Shown here in pieces: positions 1-10,288 of a stretch of 64,000 nt of DNA. This DNA is from Bacteroidota bacterium (GTDB lineage: Bacteria; Bacteroidota; Bacteroidia; UBA7662). The stretch's first letter is position 1. Each line of letters opens with the position of its first letter. The position numbers and the translations under genes were made by a program. The DNA lies in the NCBI GenBank assembly GCA_036787895.1, contig DAIQOK010000018.1, positions 2,071-66,070 of the forward strand. The letters are read 5' to 3'. The notes beneath the pieces are model-generated. The model was not told where the DNA came from and did not search any database. It worked only from the letters and a program-made list of their open reading frames with translations.

Positions 1-342
1 GAGAAGCTGCAGGAGATATATGGTGATCGACTCGTGGTGGTGGGTATGCCTACCAACGACTTTGCCGGCCAGGAACCCCGGGATGGACAGGAAATTGCCG
101 CTTTTTGTGAGCGGAATTATGGGGTTAGCTTTTTGATGCTTGAAAAAAGTTCGACCAAGGGTGCAGCTAAAGGGAGTGTATTCAAATGGCTGACCGAGAA
201 AAAACAAAATGGCCGTAAGTCGAGCCGCATTTGGTGGAATTTTCAGAAATATTTGGTGAACGAAAAGGGTGAGCTGGTCGATTATTACTTCACCTTTACC
301 CAACCTGATGCACCAAAAATTATCAAGCAGCTTGAAAAATAA
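1..342 (+). CDS. Glutathione peroxidase, 5'-truncated by the window edge
   Basis: Frame 1 is open from position 1. The translation carries the GPx signature WWNFQKYLV (WNFxKFL-type) and a FAGQEP motif. Stop is TAA at 340-342. Confidence 0.85.
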   Translation, partial: EKLQEIYGDRLVVVGMPTNDFAGQEPRDGQEIAAFCERNYGVSFLMLEKSSTKGAAKGSVFKWLTEKKQNGRKSSRIWWNFQKYLVNEKGELVDYYFTFTQPDAPKIIKQLEK

Positions 343-1021
343 GGCACTCATAGCACGTTTTGGTTGGTTAGTCGCTATTCTGGTGATACTTAGCTGGGGT
401 GGCGTGCTGTTTTTTAATTTATCCAGGGCGTTCAGTTTTGCTGATCCATTGTGCTGGCTATGGTTTTTGGTGCAGACACACTTATTTACGGGTTTATTTA
501 TCACCGCCCACGATGCCATGCACGGAACGGTGAGCCCAAACCGGCGCTTGAATAATGCGGTTGGTCGCCTGGCTTTGGGATTATTTGCTTTAAACAGTTG
601 GAAAAAGTTATTGCCCAAACATCATGAACATCATCGCTTCGTAGGCACGGAAGCGGATCCCGATTACGGTCCACCGGCGTTTTGGTCTTGGTATTTCAAA
701 TTTGTGAAGACCTATATAAGCTTGTGGCAAATTGTAGGCATGGCCATTTTATTTAACATCGCCAAAATTTGGATCAACGAAGTCAATCTTATCTTCTTCT
801 ATGTGGTGCCAAGTGTATTGAGCACTATGCAACTCTTTTATTTCGGCACGTATTTACCACACCAGGGGGAGCATGCGTCCGAAAATAAACACAAGTCGAG
901 GACCTTGCCTAAAAATCATCTCTGGGCGTTTGTGAGTTGCTATTTTTTCGGTTACCATTATGAACATCATGATCAGCCGGGCTTACCCTGGTGGTTATTA
1001 TACCGCACCAAAACCAACTAA
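308..1021 (+). CDS. crtW: Beta-carotene ketolase (CrtW-type carotenoid 4,4'-oxygenase)
   Basis: Three His boxes typical of CrtW are present: HDAMHG, HHEHHRF, HYEHHD followed by PGLPWW. The N-terminus is hydrophobic. The start is uncertain: ATG 308 gives 237 aa, and ATG 269 is also possible. Both overlap the end of the gpx gene. Confidence 0.85.
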   Translation: MHQKLSSSLKNKALIARFGWLVAILVILSWGGVLFFNLSRAFSFADPLCWLWFLVQTHLFTGLFITAHDAMHGTVSPNRRLNNAVGRLALGLFALNSWKKLLPKHHEHHRFVGTEADPDYGPPAFWSWYFKFVKTYISLWQIVGMAILFNIAKIWINEVNLIFFYVVPSVLSTMQLFYFGTYLPHQGEHASENKHKSRTLPKNHLWAFVSCYFFGYHYEHHDQPGLPWWLLYRTKTN

Positions 1022-1030
1022 TTTTTTCCT

Positions 1031-3448
1031 TTGAAGACAATTCTTCTCTTCGTTTTGCTCCCAATTATGACTTTTGCCCAAAGCGGTGAAATCAGGGGCT
1101 TAGTCAAAAATAAACTTACCAATGAACCGGTTGCCTTTGCTAATGTGGTTGTTCAGGGTACGACCATAGGGAGTACCACTGATATAGCTGGGAAATACAG
1201 TATTAAAAATCTGAAACCCGGATTTTATAATCTGCAAATCAGTTATCTCGGCTTTAAAACACAAACCGTATTTGAAATACAGGTGGTTAATTCGCGACCC
1301 GCCATTGTAAATGTGGAGCTGGAAGAAGATGCCCGGAAACTGGAAGCCGTAGAAGTAACCGCATCTGCATTTACCCGACAAGAAGAAAGCCCAGTCTCGT
1401 TGCGTACCATTGGTGTTGCCGAAATTCAGCGGAATCCTGGCGGCGGTCGCGATATTTCGAAGGCAATACAGTCGTTACCCGGTGTTTCCAGCGGTGCCTC
1501 TTTCCGTAACGATATCATTATTCGTGGAGGCGCACCCAATGAAAACCGATTTTATCTCGATGGGGTAGAAGTACCTACCATCAACCACTTTGCTACCCAA
1601 GGTTCATCGGGAGGACCGGTGGGCATTATTAATGTGGATATGATACGGGAAGTAGATTTTTATTCCGGAGCTTTTCCTGCCAACAGGGGGAATACCCTAA
1701 GCTCGGTTTTTGAGTTCAAACAAAAAGACCCCCGCACCGATAAAATGGCTTTCCGCGGCATCGTCGGTGCCAGTGATATCGGCCTCATTGCAGAAGGACC
1801 GATTACTGATAAAATTTCATTCGTGGCTTCAGCACGCAGGTCTTATCTGCAGTTTTTGTTTAATGCTATTGGTTTGCCGTTTTTGCCCACTTTCAATGGC
1901 TTCCAGACCAAGGTCAAATACAAAATCGATAACCAAAATGAAATCAGCTTCATAGGTCTGGGGGCAATTGATCAGTTTAGTCTAAATACAGGCTTGAACC
2001 TAAGCCTCGATCCGGCACTAAATCCCGGCGTTGACAGTCAGCAAGTTAAAGAACAACGTTACATACTCGGGAATTTGCCCGTAAATACGCAGTGGAATTA
2101 CACCAATGGAGTGGTGTACAAACGTTATCGTAAAAACGGCTACCAGACCTTTGTATTGAGTAGGAATATGCTCAACAATGTGGCTTACAAATACATTAAT
2201 AACGACACCAGTTTGCCAAAACTCTTTGACTATCTGAGCCAGGAAAGTGAAAACCGTTTCCGCTACGAAAACCAAATCCGAAGTGAAGGCAGTTGGAAGA
2301 TCAACTATGGCGTAAACCTCGATCGAGCGCGTTATTATGTCAAAAACAGCACACGTGATTTGGTGGGCGATTCGCTGGTAAACCGCGTTTTCGAAAGTGA
2401 ACTCCGCATCAACAGGTATGGTGTATTTGGTCAGCTCACCAAGGGCTTTTTCAGCGAGCGACTCATCCTCAGCGCCGGTTTGCGTTTCGACGGCAATGAT
2501 TACGGACCATCCATGAGCAACCCTTTGGAGCAGTTTTCTCCCCGCTTTTCTGCTTCTTATGCTATTACCGGTAATTGGAGTCTGAATATGAATACAGGCA
2601 GATATTATCAATTGCCCGCCTATACAGTACTTGGCTTCCGAGATAACAATAGCCAGTTGGTAAATCGCGACAATGGCGTGAAATACATAGGTGTTGATCA
2701 TATTGTTGCCGGTATCGAATATTTCAGTCGTAAAAGTTTTAAATCGACGGTGGAAGTTTTCTACAAAAATTACTTCCAGTATCCCTTCTTGCTCGATCAG
2801 AACATCAGTCTGGCGAATCTGGGAAGCGATTTTGGTGTAATTGGCAACGCGCCGGTGGTAAGCACCAGCAATGGTCGAAGTTATGGTATAGAATACCTCG
2901 CTCAGCAGAAGTTGTACAAAGGTTTTTACGGCATTTTGGCCTATACCTGGGTTCGATCGGAATTTGAAAATGCCATGAACCAGTACATCCCTTCGGCTTG
3001 GGACAACCGGCATATACTGACATTAACAGGGGGTAAAATTTTCAAAAGAGATTGGGAAATCGGACTTCGTTATCGTTATGTGGGTGGAGGACCGGGCACG
3101 CCTTTTAACTCAGATTTGAGTCTTCGCCGTGATGTTTGGGATCAAAACGGACGTGGAATTTTGGATTTTGCCAATCTCAACACCATACGTAACGGTGCTA
3201 CCCAACAGTTAGATATTCGCATCGATAAAAAATGGAGCTACAGCAAATGGGCATTGAATCTGTATCTCGATGTACAAAATCTACTGAATCAACAAACCAT
3301 CCTTCAACCTCAATTGGTGGCACTTACCGATCCTGCTTCAGGCGCTCCGGTCGTTGATCCGAACGACAATAGCCGTTATCTGCCTGACTTCATTCCGAAC
3401 ACAGCCGGTACTCGCTTGCCAACTATTGGAATCATTATCGATTTCTAA
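1031..3448 (+). CDS. TonB-dependent receptor with N-terminal carboxypeptidase-regulatory-like domain
   Basis: Signal peptide ends ...MTFAQS. A CarboxypepD_reg-like motif (GxVxNxxTNEPVxFANVVV) is followed by a plug region and a long beta-barrel ending in an aromatic residue (IIDF). The start is TTG. Confidence 0.85.
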   Translation: MKTILLFVLLPIMTFAQSGEIRGLVKNKLTNEPVAFANVVVQGTTIGSTTDIAGKYSIKNLKPGFYNLQISYLGFKTQTVFEIQVVNSRPAIVNVELEEDARKLEAVEVTASAFTRQEESPVSLRTIGVAEIQRNPGGGRDISKAIQSLPGVSSGASFRNDIIIRGGAPNENRFYLDGVEVPTINHFATQGSSGGPVGIINVDMIREVDFYSGAFPANRGNTLSSVFEFKQKDPRTDKMAFRGIVGASDIGLIAEGPITDKISFVASARRSYLQFLFNAIGLPFLPTFNGFQTKVKYKIDNQNEISFIGLGAIDQFSLNTGLNLSLDPALNPGVDSQQVKEQRYILGNLPVNTQWNYTNGVVYKRYRKNGYQTFVLSRNMLNNVAYKYINNDTSLPKLFDYLSQESENRFRYENQIRSEGSWKINYGVNLDRARYYVKNSTRDLVGDSLVNRVFESELRINRYGVFGQLTKGFFSERLILSAGLRFDGNDYGPSMSNPLEQFSPRFSASYAITGNWSLNMNTGRYYQLPAYTVLGFRDNNSQLVNRDNGVKYIGVDHIVAGIEYFSRKSFKSTVEVFYKNYFQYPFLLDQNISLANLGSDFGVIGNAPVVSTSNGRSYGIEYLAQQKLYKGFYGILAYTWVRSEFENAMNQYIPSAWDNRHILTLTGGKIFKRDWEIGLRYRYVGGGPGTPFNSDLSLRRDVWDQNGRGILDFANLNTIRNGATQQLDIRIDKKWSYSKWALNLYLDVQNLLNQQTILQPQLVALTDPASGAPVVDPNDNSRYLPDFIPNTAGTRLPTIGIIIDF

Positions 3449-4269
3449 GCACCAGCTAAAAGGGCATCAATTTTTGCCCAAAGCACAGCAGGCCTATGAC
3501 CGGCTTGACGAAGTTCAGCCACAGGGCGGGCATGGTTTGATTTAGAAAGTTTGTTGCCAAAGGCATCGGTAACCAGCGGCAAATGCCACCATTGGGTGGC
3601 TGTAAAACTCCCAATACCCAATTGTTCGGCCAAAAACAGCTGTGCTGCAGTGGATGGAAGGAGATCTGATCCTCGCACGATGGCGTTGATGCCGAATTGA
3701 AGATCATCGGCCAGAGAAGCGATTTGGTAAGCGGGCAAACCATCCTTTCGGCGAACCACAAAATCGGACATCTCTTTATTTAGGTCGACATAACAGCTGC
3801 CTTGTTGCTGATCATTGAATAAAATACAGCAGTTTTCAGGTAAACGTATTCGCCAGGCATGTCCGGCTGCGGTATGAAAGCTATTTTGATTTCTGCAAAG
3901 GTGGGGGTGGTTGGTTTTGGTCAGCCAATCGAGTTGAGCGCGCGAACAGCTGCAACTGTAGAGTAGGTTTTTTTGACGCAACGTTTCGAGCATACTATTA
4001 GCCAGTTCCAGGCGGTGAAATTGGGACCAGTTTTGCTCAAAATCAGTAAGACTTCGCGGGCCTACATCCCAGTCGATGTCGAGCCAATGCAGACTTTCAA
4101 AAATATCTTCCACATAAGCCGCCCGCTTTCTCGCTACATCCAAATCATCGATGCGTAGTAGAAGACTGCCCTGATTGGCGCGTGCCAGTCGCCAGCTACA
4201 AACGAAAACGAGTAAATTACCCAAATGTAAAAACCCGCTTGGGGTGGGTGCCAATCGGGTTTTAAGCAT
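3445..4269 (-). CDS. gluQ: tRNA glutamyl-Q(34) synthetase (GluQRS, truncated GluRS paralog)
   Basis: N-terminus RLAPTPSGFLHLGN is a class I HIGH-type motif. The 274-aa size lacks an anticodon-binding domain. A LSKS (KMSKS-like) motif is present. Confidence 0.8.
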   Translation of the reverse strand: MLKTRLAPTPSGFLHLGNLLVFVCSWRLARANQGSLLLRIDDLDVARKRAAYVEDIFESLHWLDIDWDVGPRSLTDFEQNWSQFHRLELANSMLETLRQKNLLYSCSCSRAQLDWLTKTNHPHLCRNQNSFHTAAGHAWRIRLPENCCILFNDQQQGSCYVDLNKEMSDFVVRRKDGLPAYQIASLADDLQFGINAIVRGSDLLPSTAAQLFLAEQLGIGSFTATQWWHLPLVTDAFGNKLSKSNHARPVAELRQAGHRPAVLWAKIDALLAGA

Positions 4270-4271
4270 GC

Positions 4272-4733
4272 TTATTTGCCGCTTGTTCTGTTTTTCGCTG
4301 CATCGGTGAGTGCGAAATCCTTGCTTCGGGTGAGTGTTTTGATATAATCCACCCGCCGGAAACGCAAGGCGCTCCAGTCGTCGTCGATGGCCACCTGACG
4401 TACCGGTTCGTAGTTCAGTTTGCCGAATATTTCCCAGCCTGTATCGCGATTAAAATCGCATTTGTACTTTTTGCTGCTGCCTTTGGGGTAACAACACCAG
4501 AAAATGGCGTCGCCTTCCAAATTCTCATCCAATAAGGGTGCCCAATGGTCGATTTCACTTTGTTTAGTCGCGAAAAGCAAGGAAAAATCCGTTTTTTCAA
4601 AATTTTTGGGGTCATTCAGCACCCGGGCCTTTTTACTGAGCCAGTCCTGGGCTTCCTGAAATTCCACCGGCGCATTCACAATCATTACCGGATTATGCTG
4701 CTTATAATTGAGTTTTTTGAAGAGCGCTTCCAT
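4272..4733 (-). CDS. Hypothetical protein (153 aa)
   Basis: Clean ORF packed 2 nt upstream of gluQ on the same strand. I recognise no family motif with confidence. Confidence 0.5.
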   Translation of the reverse strand: MEALFKKLNYKQHNPVMIVNAPVEFQEAQDWLSKKARVLNDPKNFEKTDFSLLFATKQSEIDHWAPLLDENLEGDAIFWCCYPKGSSKKYKCDFNRDTGWEIFGKLNYEPVRQVAIDDDWSALRFRRVDYIKTLTRSKDFALTDAAKNRTSGK

Positions 4734-4852
4734 AGGAGTTGATTGAGTAGGAAATATAGGAATTTTAAAGGTTGAAAAAAGGAACTGATTGGCTATATAT
4801 TGAGATTTGAATAGAAGAGCATACCTTTCAAGGTCAGTTTTTCCAAAGGATT

Positions 4853-5164
4853 ATGGAAGGGAAGAATGAATACATATTTGAAAGAATAGTTTCATGGATA
4901 AAAAGGGAAACCATGATCAGGAATTATGATTTCACCCGGGAAACCCGCATAGAAAAGGATTTAGGCGTGACCGGCGATGATGCTAATGAATTAATTATGG
5001 CATTTGCTAAAGAATTTCACGTTGACGTATCACACTTTATCCTTCATGATTACTTTGGGCCGGAAGGAACAGATATTTTTTGTGCTTACTCTGACGCTGA
5101 ATCACGGAAAAAACTAACGATTGCTGATTTGGAGGAGGCAGTAGATCTTGGCAAATTGGTCTAG
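4853..5164 (+). CDS. Hypothetical small protein, possibly DUF1493-like
   Basis: 103-aa ORF. The segment KDLGVTGDDANELIMAFAKEFHVDVSHF resembles acyl-carrier-like DUF1493 proteins. The assignment is weak. Confidence 0.4.
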   Translation: MEGKNEYIFERIVSWIKRETMIRNYDFTRETRIEKDLGVTGDDANELIMAFAKEFHVDVSHFILHDYFGPEGTDIFCAYSDAESRKKLTIADLEEAVDLGKLV

Positions 5165-5321
5165 TTGTTAGCTATTGTCCAGAATTATTTTTTGGATGAT
5201 CTCTGAGGTTCTCTCACCCCTTCAAGATTCTAATCCAACCTCAACCCCCGTTTAACCAAAACCTCCTAAAAACCCGTTTACCGAAGGCCGCTCGAAAGAC
5301 CAAAACGCCTAAAAGCCCGAT

Positions 5322-5774
5322 TCACCCCTTCGCCTGACTATCCATCGTAATCGTTACCGGCCCATCATTTACCAACGAAATCTGCATATCCGCGCCAAAT
5401 TCGCCGCTTTGAGGTGGGGTGCCGGTGAGTTGCTGAAGCGTATTGAGAAAAGCGTTGTATAATGGAATCGCTGTTTCGGGGCGAGCTGAACGCATATACG
5501 AGGGTCGGTTGCCTTTTTTGGTTTCGGCAAAAAGGGTAAACTGACTTACCACCATTAATTCACCACTTACTTCGGCCAAATCTAAGTTCATCTTACCCTC
5601 AGCATCATTAAAAATGCGGAGCTTAACGATTTTTGATGCCATCCAAAGCAAATCTTCGGCTGTATCGGCGTTTTCGAAGGCGGCGAGTACGAGCAAGCCG
5701 GGACCGATTTTCCCAAGTTGTTTGCCTTCACTCGTCACGCTCGCTTCACGCACGCGCTGCAGCACTACCCTCAT
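5322..5774 (-). CDS. dtd: D-aminoacyl-tRNA deacylase
   Basis: MRVVLQRV... N-terminus, SQFTL motif and GPVT near the C-terminus. Length is 150 aa. Confidence 0.9.
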   Translation of the reverse strand: MRVVLQRVREASVTSEGKQLGKIGPGLLVLAAFENADTAEDLLWMASKIVKLRIFNDAEGKMNLDLAEVSGELMVVSQFTLFAETKKGNRPSYMRSARPETAIPLYNAFLNTLQQLTGTPPQSGEFGADMQISLVNDGPVTITMDSQAKG

Positions 5775-6556
5775 GGTTGGCGGAGGTAGATGGCGGCAGT
5801 TTCGAACATATCGGGCATCTCTTCCGAGAAGTTGGAGAATATGAGGCTATCGCCCTGCAATTCCCAATAAAAAGCGTCATATTCCTGAGCGTTGCGGTAC
5901 ATCCAGATCACGCTGTTAAAGGCTGGATAGCTGGCGTAACCGAGTATAAGTTTGTATTTATTGTATTTGCTGCTGCCACGAACAAAACCGTTGACGCCAA
6001 ACTGGAGACTATTCCCCAATGGTTTATTCCCTGTTTGCAAACGGAAGGTGCCAAACAATTTATTTTTGACCAATAACTGCTGAACGGCTTTGCCAGGATC
6101 ATCCAATTGGGAACTTACGCGCACAAAACGCAGACTGAGCTCATCCACGGTCAAAAGCAGTTGTTTGCTGAAAGGGTCATATTCGAAAACAAATGTCGAT
6201 TCCGCATTCCCATCACAACTGCTTACGATTAAACTGTCGCCTTGCCGTTTGATAGGGCCACTACAGGCTTCATTATAACCAAATACAATTTGAACAGTGC
6301 CTTTGATTTCATCGACAATAACTTCAGAAATAGGTAATAGTTTGGCTTGGCTACCAAAGGGGTCGGCTGATTTTTGCAGCTCATCCAGATAGTCTAATTT
6401 TACCCAATGTCCGGTAAGCGTATCTAAAATCCGGGTTTCCGGTATTTCAATGAGACTGTCGAGTGCCGAATCAGGCGCCAGGCTGCTATCCTCTTTCGGC
6501 TCATCGCCGCAGCTCATCATTAGGGCCAATGCTAATATCCAGAGTAAATTTTTCAT
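5771..6556 (-). CDS. Hypothetical lipoprotein
   Basis: MKNLLWILALALMMSCGDE is a lipoprotein signal peptide with a Cys lipobox. The alternative upstream ATG at 6577 would overlap the rsgA stop. There is a 4-nt overlap with the dtd start. Confidence 0.6.
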   Translation of the reverse strand: MKNLLWILALALMMSCGDEPKEDSSLAPDSALDSLIEIPETRILDTLTGHWVKLDYLDELQKSADPFGSQAKLLPISEVIVDEIKGTVQIVFGYNEACSGPIKRQGDSLIVSSCDGNAESTFVFEYDPFSKQLLLTVDELSLRFVRVSSQLDDPGKAVQQLLVKNKLFGTFRLQTGNKPLGNSLQFGVNGFVRGSSKYNKYKLILGYASYPAFNSVIWMYRNAQEYDAFYWELQGDSLIFSNFSEEMPDMFETAAIYLRQP

Positions 6557-6557
6557 G

Positions 6558-7436
6558 CTAATTGTATTGATCTTCATTGTTGAGTATGCTCAAATAACTT
6601 TTATAACGATCGTAAGGCAGTGTTTCAGCATCTACTGCGGCTTTTACAGCACAGCCCGGTTCATGTTGATGGGTGCAGTTGTGGAATTTGCAATTGGCCA
6701 ATAAGACCTTCATTTCCGGAAAAAAATGACTGATTTCTGCTCCTTCGAGTTCAATCACACCCAATTCTTTTATACCAGGTGTATCGATAATCCGAGTGCC
6801 TGAAATGGGTTCGAACATTTCTGCAAAGGTGGTGGTGTGTTTGCCTTTCTGACTGAAATCGGAGAGGGTGCCGGTTTTAAGCTCCAGCTCTGGATACATG
6901 GTATTGAGCAAAGTGCTCTTGCCTACACCCGAAAAACCACTGATGAGGGTAGTTTTGTCGGTAAAAAGTGTCTTAATTTCAGCTATTCCTTCACCGGTCA
7001 GCGTAGAACAGTGGTAAACTGCATAGCCGGCGTTTTCATAGATGGCTTTGTATTCTTCGTAAACCGCCCGAACCGCCTCATCCTGCCACATATCGGCTTT
7101 GTTAAACACCACGCAGCAAGGAATTTGATAAGCTTCTGCCGTAACCAGAAAACGGTCAATAAATCCTAACGAAACCTTGGGGTAAAATAGCGTAGCAACC
7201 AAAACGGCCTGATCCAGATTCGCTGCCAGCACATGGGTTTGTTTGCTCAGATTAGTCGACCGCCGGATGATATAATTACGGCGTGCTTGTATATCGGTAA
7301 TCACAGTACCATGATGGGCATCGTGGTCAAAATCCACGCGATCGCCTACCGCCACCGGGTTGGTAGATTTTATGCCTGCCAGACGTAATTTCCCGCGTAT
7401 GCGACACTCATACAACTGGCCATCGTCGGTACGCAC
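6558..7436 (-). CDS. rsgA: Ribosome small-subunit-dependent GTPase A
   Basis: Circularly permuted GTPase motifs are present: NKAD then GxSGVGKS. The C-terminus has a zinc cluster (CKFHNCTHQHEPGC). The first canonical start is GTG 7436, but conserved N-terminal sequence continues upstream (see finding). Confidence 0.9.
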   Translation of the reverse strand: MRTDDGQLYECRIRGKLRLAGIKSTNPVAVGDRVDFDHDAHHGTVITDIQARRNYIIRRSTNLSKQTHVLAANLDQAVLVATLFYPKVSLGFIDRFLVTAEAYQIPCCVVFNKADMWQDEAVRAVYEEYKAIYENAGYAVYHCSTLTGEGIAEIKTLFTDKTTLISGFSGVGKSTLLNTMYPELELKTGTLSDFSQKGKHTTTFAEMFEPISGTRIIDTPGIKELGVIELEGAEISHFFPEMKVLLANCKFHNCTHQHEPGCAVKAAVDAETLPYDRYKSYLSILNNEDQYN

Positions 7437-7524
7437 GGCATACCAACTACCAGTTGATTTTATGACAATACCTTCCAGAATCTGATTTTTGACAAAGCTA
7501 GCACTAAATCAGCATTCCTTGGTG

Positions 7525-10005
7525 TCAAGCGTCTTTTGTCGAGATGATATAAGTCGCCGGATCAATAGCCGTCTTACTTTTTTCCTTCAGCAAAGCGATC
7601 TCCAACACCTCGTCCATACGCTCCACATAATGAAACTTCAGGTCGCTGACATATTCTGCCTTGATTTCGTCGATGTCCTTTTTATTGGATTTGCACAAAA
7701 TGATGTCGCTGATGCCGGCACGTTTGGCGGCGAGTATCTTCTCCTTGATGCCACCTACCGGCAGTACTTTGCCGCGAAGGGTAATCTCACCGGTCATGGC
7801 GAGCTTTTTACGCACTTTTCGACCGGTTAAGGCCGATACGATACTCGTCAGCATGGTAATCCCTGCCGACGGGCCATCTTTGGGTGTAGCGCCTTCGGGG
7901 ACGTGGATGTAGAGGTCGGTATGGTCGAAAATGCGGTAATCCAAGCCTATTTTTTCGGCATGGGTGCGTACATATGCGAGGGCGATATTGGCCGACTCTT
8001 TCATCACTTCTCCCAAATTACCGGTAATCTGCAATTTGCCTTTGCCGCGACTCACCCCGGTTTCGATGTAGAGGATGTCGCCACCCACCGAAGTCCAGGC
8101 CAAACCGGTAACTACACCGGCTACGTCATTGCCTTCGTATAAATCGGCGTCGAAATAACGGGCGCCTAATATTTTGCGGAGATCTTCTTCGTCGGCAACG
8201 GTATTGTAAGGCTCCTCTAGGGCTTTGAGTTTGGCAAAACCACGTACTAGCGCGGCTATCTTTTTGTCCAAACTACGCACACCCGATTCGCGGGTGTAGC
8301 CTTCGATGATGCTACTGATAATTTTCGGGGAAATGGTCACATCCTTTTTGGTGAGCCCGTGTTCATCAAGCTGCTTGGGAATGAGGTATTTTTTGGCAAT
8401 TTCCAGCTTTTCTTCCCGGGTATAACCGTTAATCTCGATGACTTCCATGCGGTCGAGCAAAGCGGGTTGGATGGGCTGTAGACTGTTGGCAGTCGCAATA
8501 AACAACACTTTGCTCAGGTCATAATCCAATTCCAGGTAGTGGTCGAAGAAGGTTTTGTTCTGCTCCGGATCCAATACTTCGAGCAGGGCCGAGCTGACGT
8601 CTCCCCGGAAATCGCTGCCAACCTTATCTATCTCATCTAACACCATGACCGGATTGCTGGAACCGGCTTTTTTGATGCTTTGAATAATACGACCTGGCAT
8701 GGCACCGATATAAGTTTTGCGATGACCGCGTATGGTGGCCTCGTCGTGAACACCTCCTAAGCTCATGCGCACATATTCGCGACCAACAGCTTTGGCAATG
8801 CTGCGACCGAGTGAGGTTTTACCTACACCCGGAGGGCCTACCAAAAGCAAAATCGGGGCTTTCATATTGGCCTTGAGTTTGAGTACGGCCAGGTATTCAA
8901 GTATGCGGTCTTTGACTTTTTCTAAGCCATAATGGTCCTGATCAAGTATTTTTTTGGCTCGTTTGAGGTCGAAACGGTCGGTCGAGAATTTATCCCACGG
9001 CAGGTCGAGCATGAGCTCCACATAGTTGAGTACCACGCTGTAATCGGCCGCGGCGGGGTTCATGCGCTGTAGTTTGTCGAGCTCTTTAAAAAAGTGTTCT
9101 TGAACTTCTTTGCTCCACTTTTTTTTGCGTCCTCTTTCACGCAGGTTTTGCACTTCTAGATCGGGGGTGATGCCTCCCAATTCTTCCTGAATGGTCTTCA
9201 GTTGTTGGTGTAAATAATACTCCCGCTGCTGTTTGTCCATATCGGTGCGGACTTTACTCTGAATCTGGTTCTTTAATTCCAGCATCTGGAATTCCCGGTT
9301 CATCAGTATAAGCACTTCATTGGCTCGTATTTTCAGGTTTTCAATTTCCAGCAAACGTTGTTTTTCGGCAACTTCTACATTCAGATTACTGGCAATAAAA
9401 TTCACCAGAAAAGCCGGCGTTTCAATGTTTCGTAGGGCTACAGCTGCTTCACTTGGGATGTTAGGCGATAGCTCGATGATTTGTTTCGCCAGGTCGTTCA
9501 TCGATGCGATAAGGGCCTGGAATTCTTTGTCGTTTTTGCGGGGTTTCTGGTCTTTGAAAGCCGACACATTGGCGCGTAAATATGGCTCCGACTGCGTCAG
9601 GCTATCAATCCGCATCCGCTGCCTGCCTTGAATAATGACGGTAGTATTGCCGTCGGGCATACGCAACATTTTGAGGATGCGTGCCACGGTGCCGATTTCA
9701 TGCAGGTCCTTGAATTGCGGGTCTTCAATGGAAACGTCGCGCTGTGAAACTACACCTATGATTTTGTCGGCACTATTGGCTTCACGAATTAATTTGATGG
9801 ATTTATCGCGACCAACGGTAATAGGAATGACTACCCCCGGGAACAAAACTGTATTGCGCAACGGAAGAATTGGCAGATTATCGGGCAATTTTTCCGATGT
9901 GTCATCGTGATCTTCTTCATTGACCGTCATGATCGGAATGTAATCCGGATCATCTTCTGCCCCTTGTAAGCCAAAAAAATTGCTGCTATCGTAAGTTATG
10001 CTCAT
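7525..10005 (-). CDS. lon: ATP-dependent Lon protease (endopeptidase La)
   Basis: 826 aa. Walker A is GPPGVGKT, and the proteolytic-domain motif is PKDGPSAG. A Lon N-terminal domain is present. Confidence 0.95.
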   Translation of the reverse strand: MSITYDSSNFFGLQGAEDDPDYIPIMTVNEEDHDDTSEKLPDNLPILPLRNTVLFPGVVIPITVGRDKSIKLIREANSADKIIGVVSQRDVSIEDPQFKDLHEIGTVARILKMLRMPDGNTTVIIQGRQRMRIDSLTQSEPYLRANVSAFKDQKPRKNDKEFQALIASMNDLAKQIIELSPNIPSEAAVALRNIETPAFLVNFIASNLNVEVAEKQRLLEIENLKIRANEVLILMNREFQMLELKNQIQSKVRTDMDKQQREYYLHQQLKTIQEELGGITPDLEVQNLRERGRKKKWSKEVQEHFFKELDKLQRMNPAAADYSVVLNYVELMLDLPWDKFSTDRFDLKRAKKILDQDHYGLEKVKDRILEYLAVLKLKANMKAPILLLVGPPGVGKTSLGRSIAKAVGREYVRMSLGGVHDEATIRGHRKTYIGAMPGRIIQSIKKAGSSNPVMVLDEIDKVGSDFRGDVSSALLEVLDPEQNKTFFDHYLELDYDLSKVLFIATANSLQPIQPALLDRMEVIEINGYTREEKLEIAKKYLIPKQLDEHGLTKKDVTISPKIISSIIEGYTRESGVRSLDKKIAALVRGFAKLKALEEPYNTVADEEDLRKILGARYFDADLYEGNDVAGVVTGLAWTSVGGDILYIETGVSRGKGKLQITGNLGEVMKESANIALAYVRTHAEKIGLDYRIFDHTDLYIHVPEGATPKDGPSAGITMLTSIVSALTGRKVRKKLAMTGEITLRGKVLPVGGIKEKILAAKRAGISDIILCKSNKKDIDEIKAEYVSDLKFHYVERMDEVLEIALLKEKSKTAIDPATYIISTKDA

Positions 10006-10288
10006 GTGCTGAAATAAGATGAAGCCCTTGCCAAAGTGGCAGTCGTGGCGGTGACACTGACTAAGGCAAGAACGATGCCATGGCGGCTAGAGCGCATGGT
10101 GGCAACAATTCGGACGTTGTGCTAATTGGGGTAATGGTGTTGCCGATGACCTCGGATAATGGAGAGAATAGCGGCAGTATGTATTTGAGTGCGTTAAGCC
10201 TTATGGTCGACGCTACTCAGGAAAACTCATTGGCCTAATTTTAAGCTTCAAGGGTCAATTTTGAATTTGAAATTTTTGTATTCGAAAT

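Noticed and set aside
2018-3013. 331-aa minus-strand ORF inside the first TonB-dependent receptor
   Set aside because: It is antisense to a gene with clear family motifs. It has no recognisable motifs of its own and is a typical shadow ORF.
5633-6076. 147-aa plus-strand ORF overlapping dtd and the lipoprotein gene
   Set aside because: It is antisense to two tightly coupled minus-strand genes. Its product is Arg/Ser-rich with no motifs.
10006-10288. Possible tRNA or small RNA gene, or heat-shock operator, in the 283-nt gap upstream of lon
   Set aside because: No cloverleaf-compatible arms or T-loop (GTTCGAATC-type) sequence are present. Only short imperfect inverted repeats occur (cccttgcc/ggcaag, aagggt/accctt). 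The evidence is insufficient for a call.
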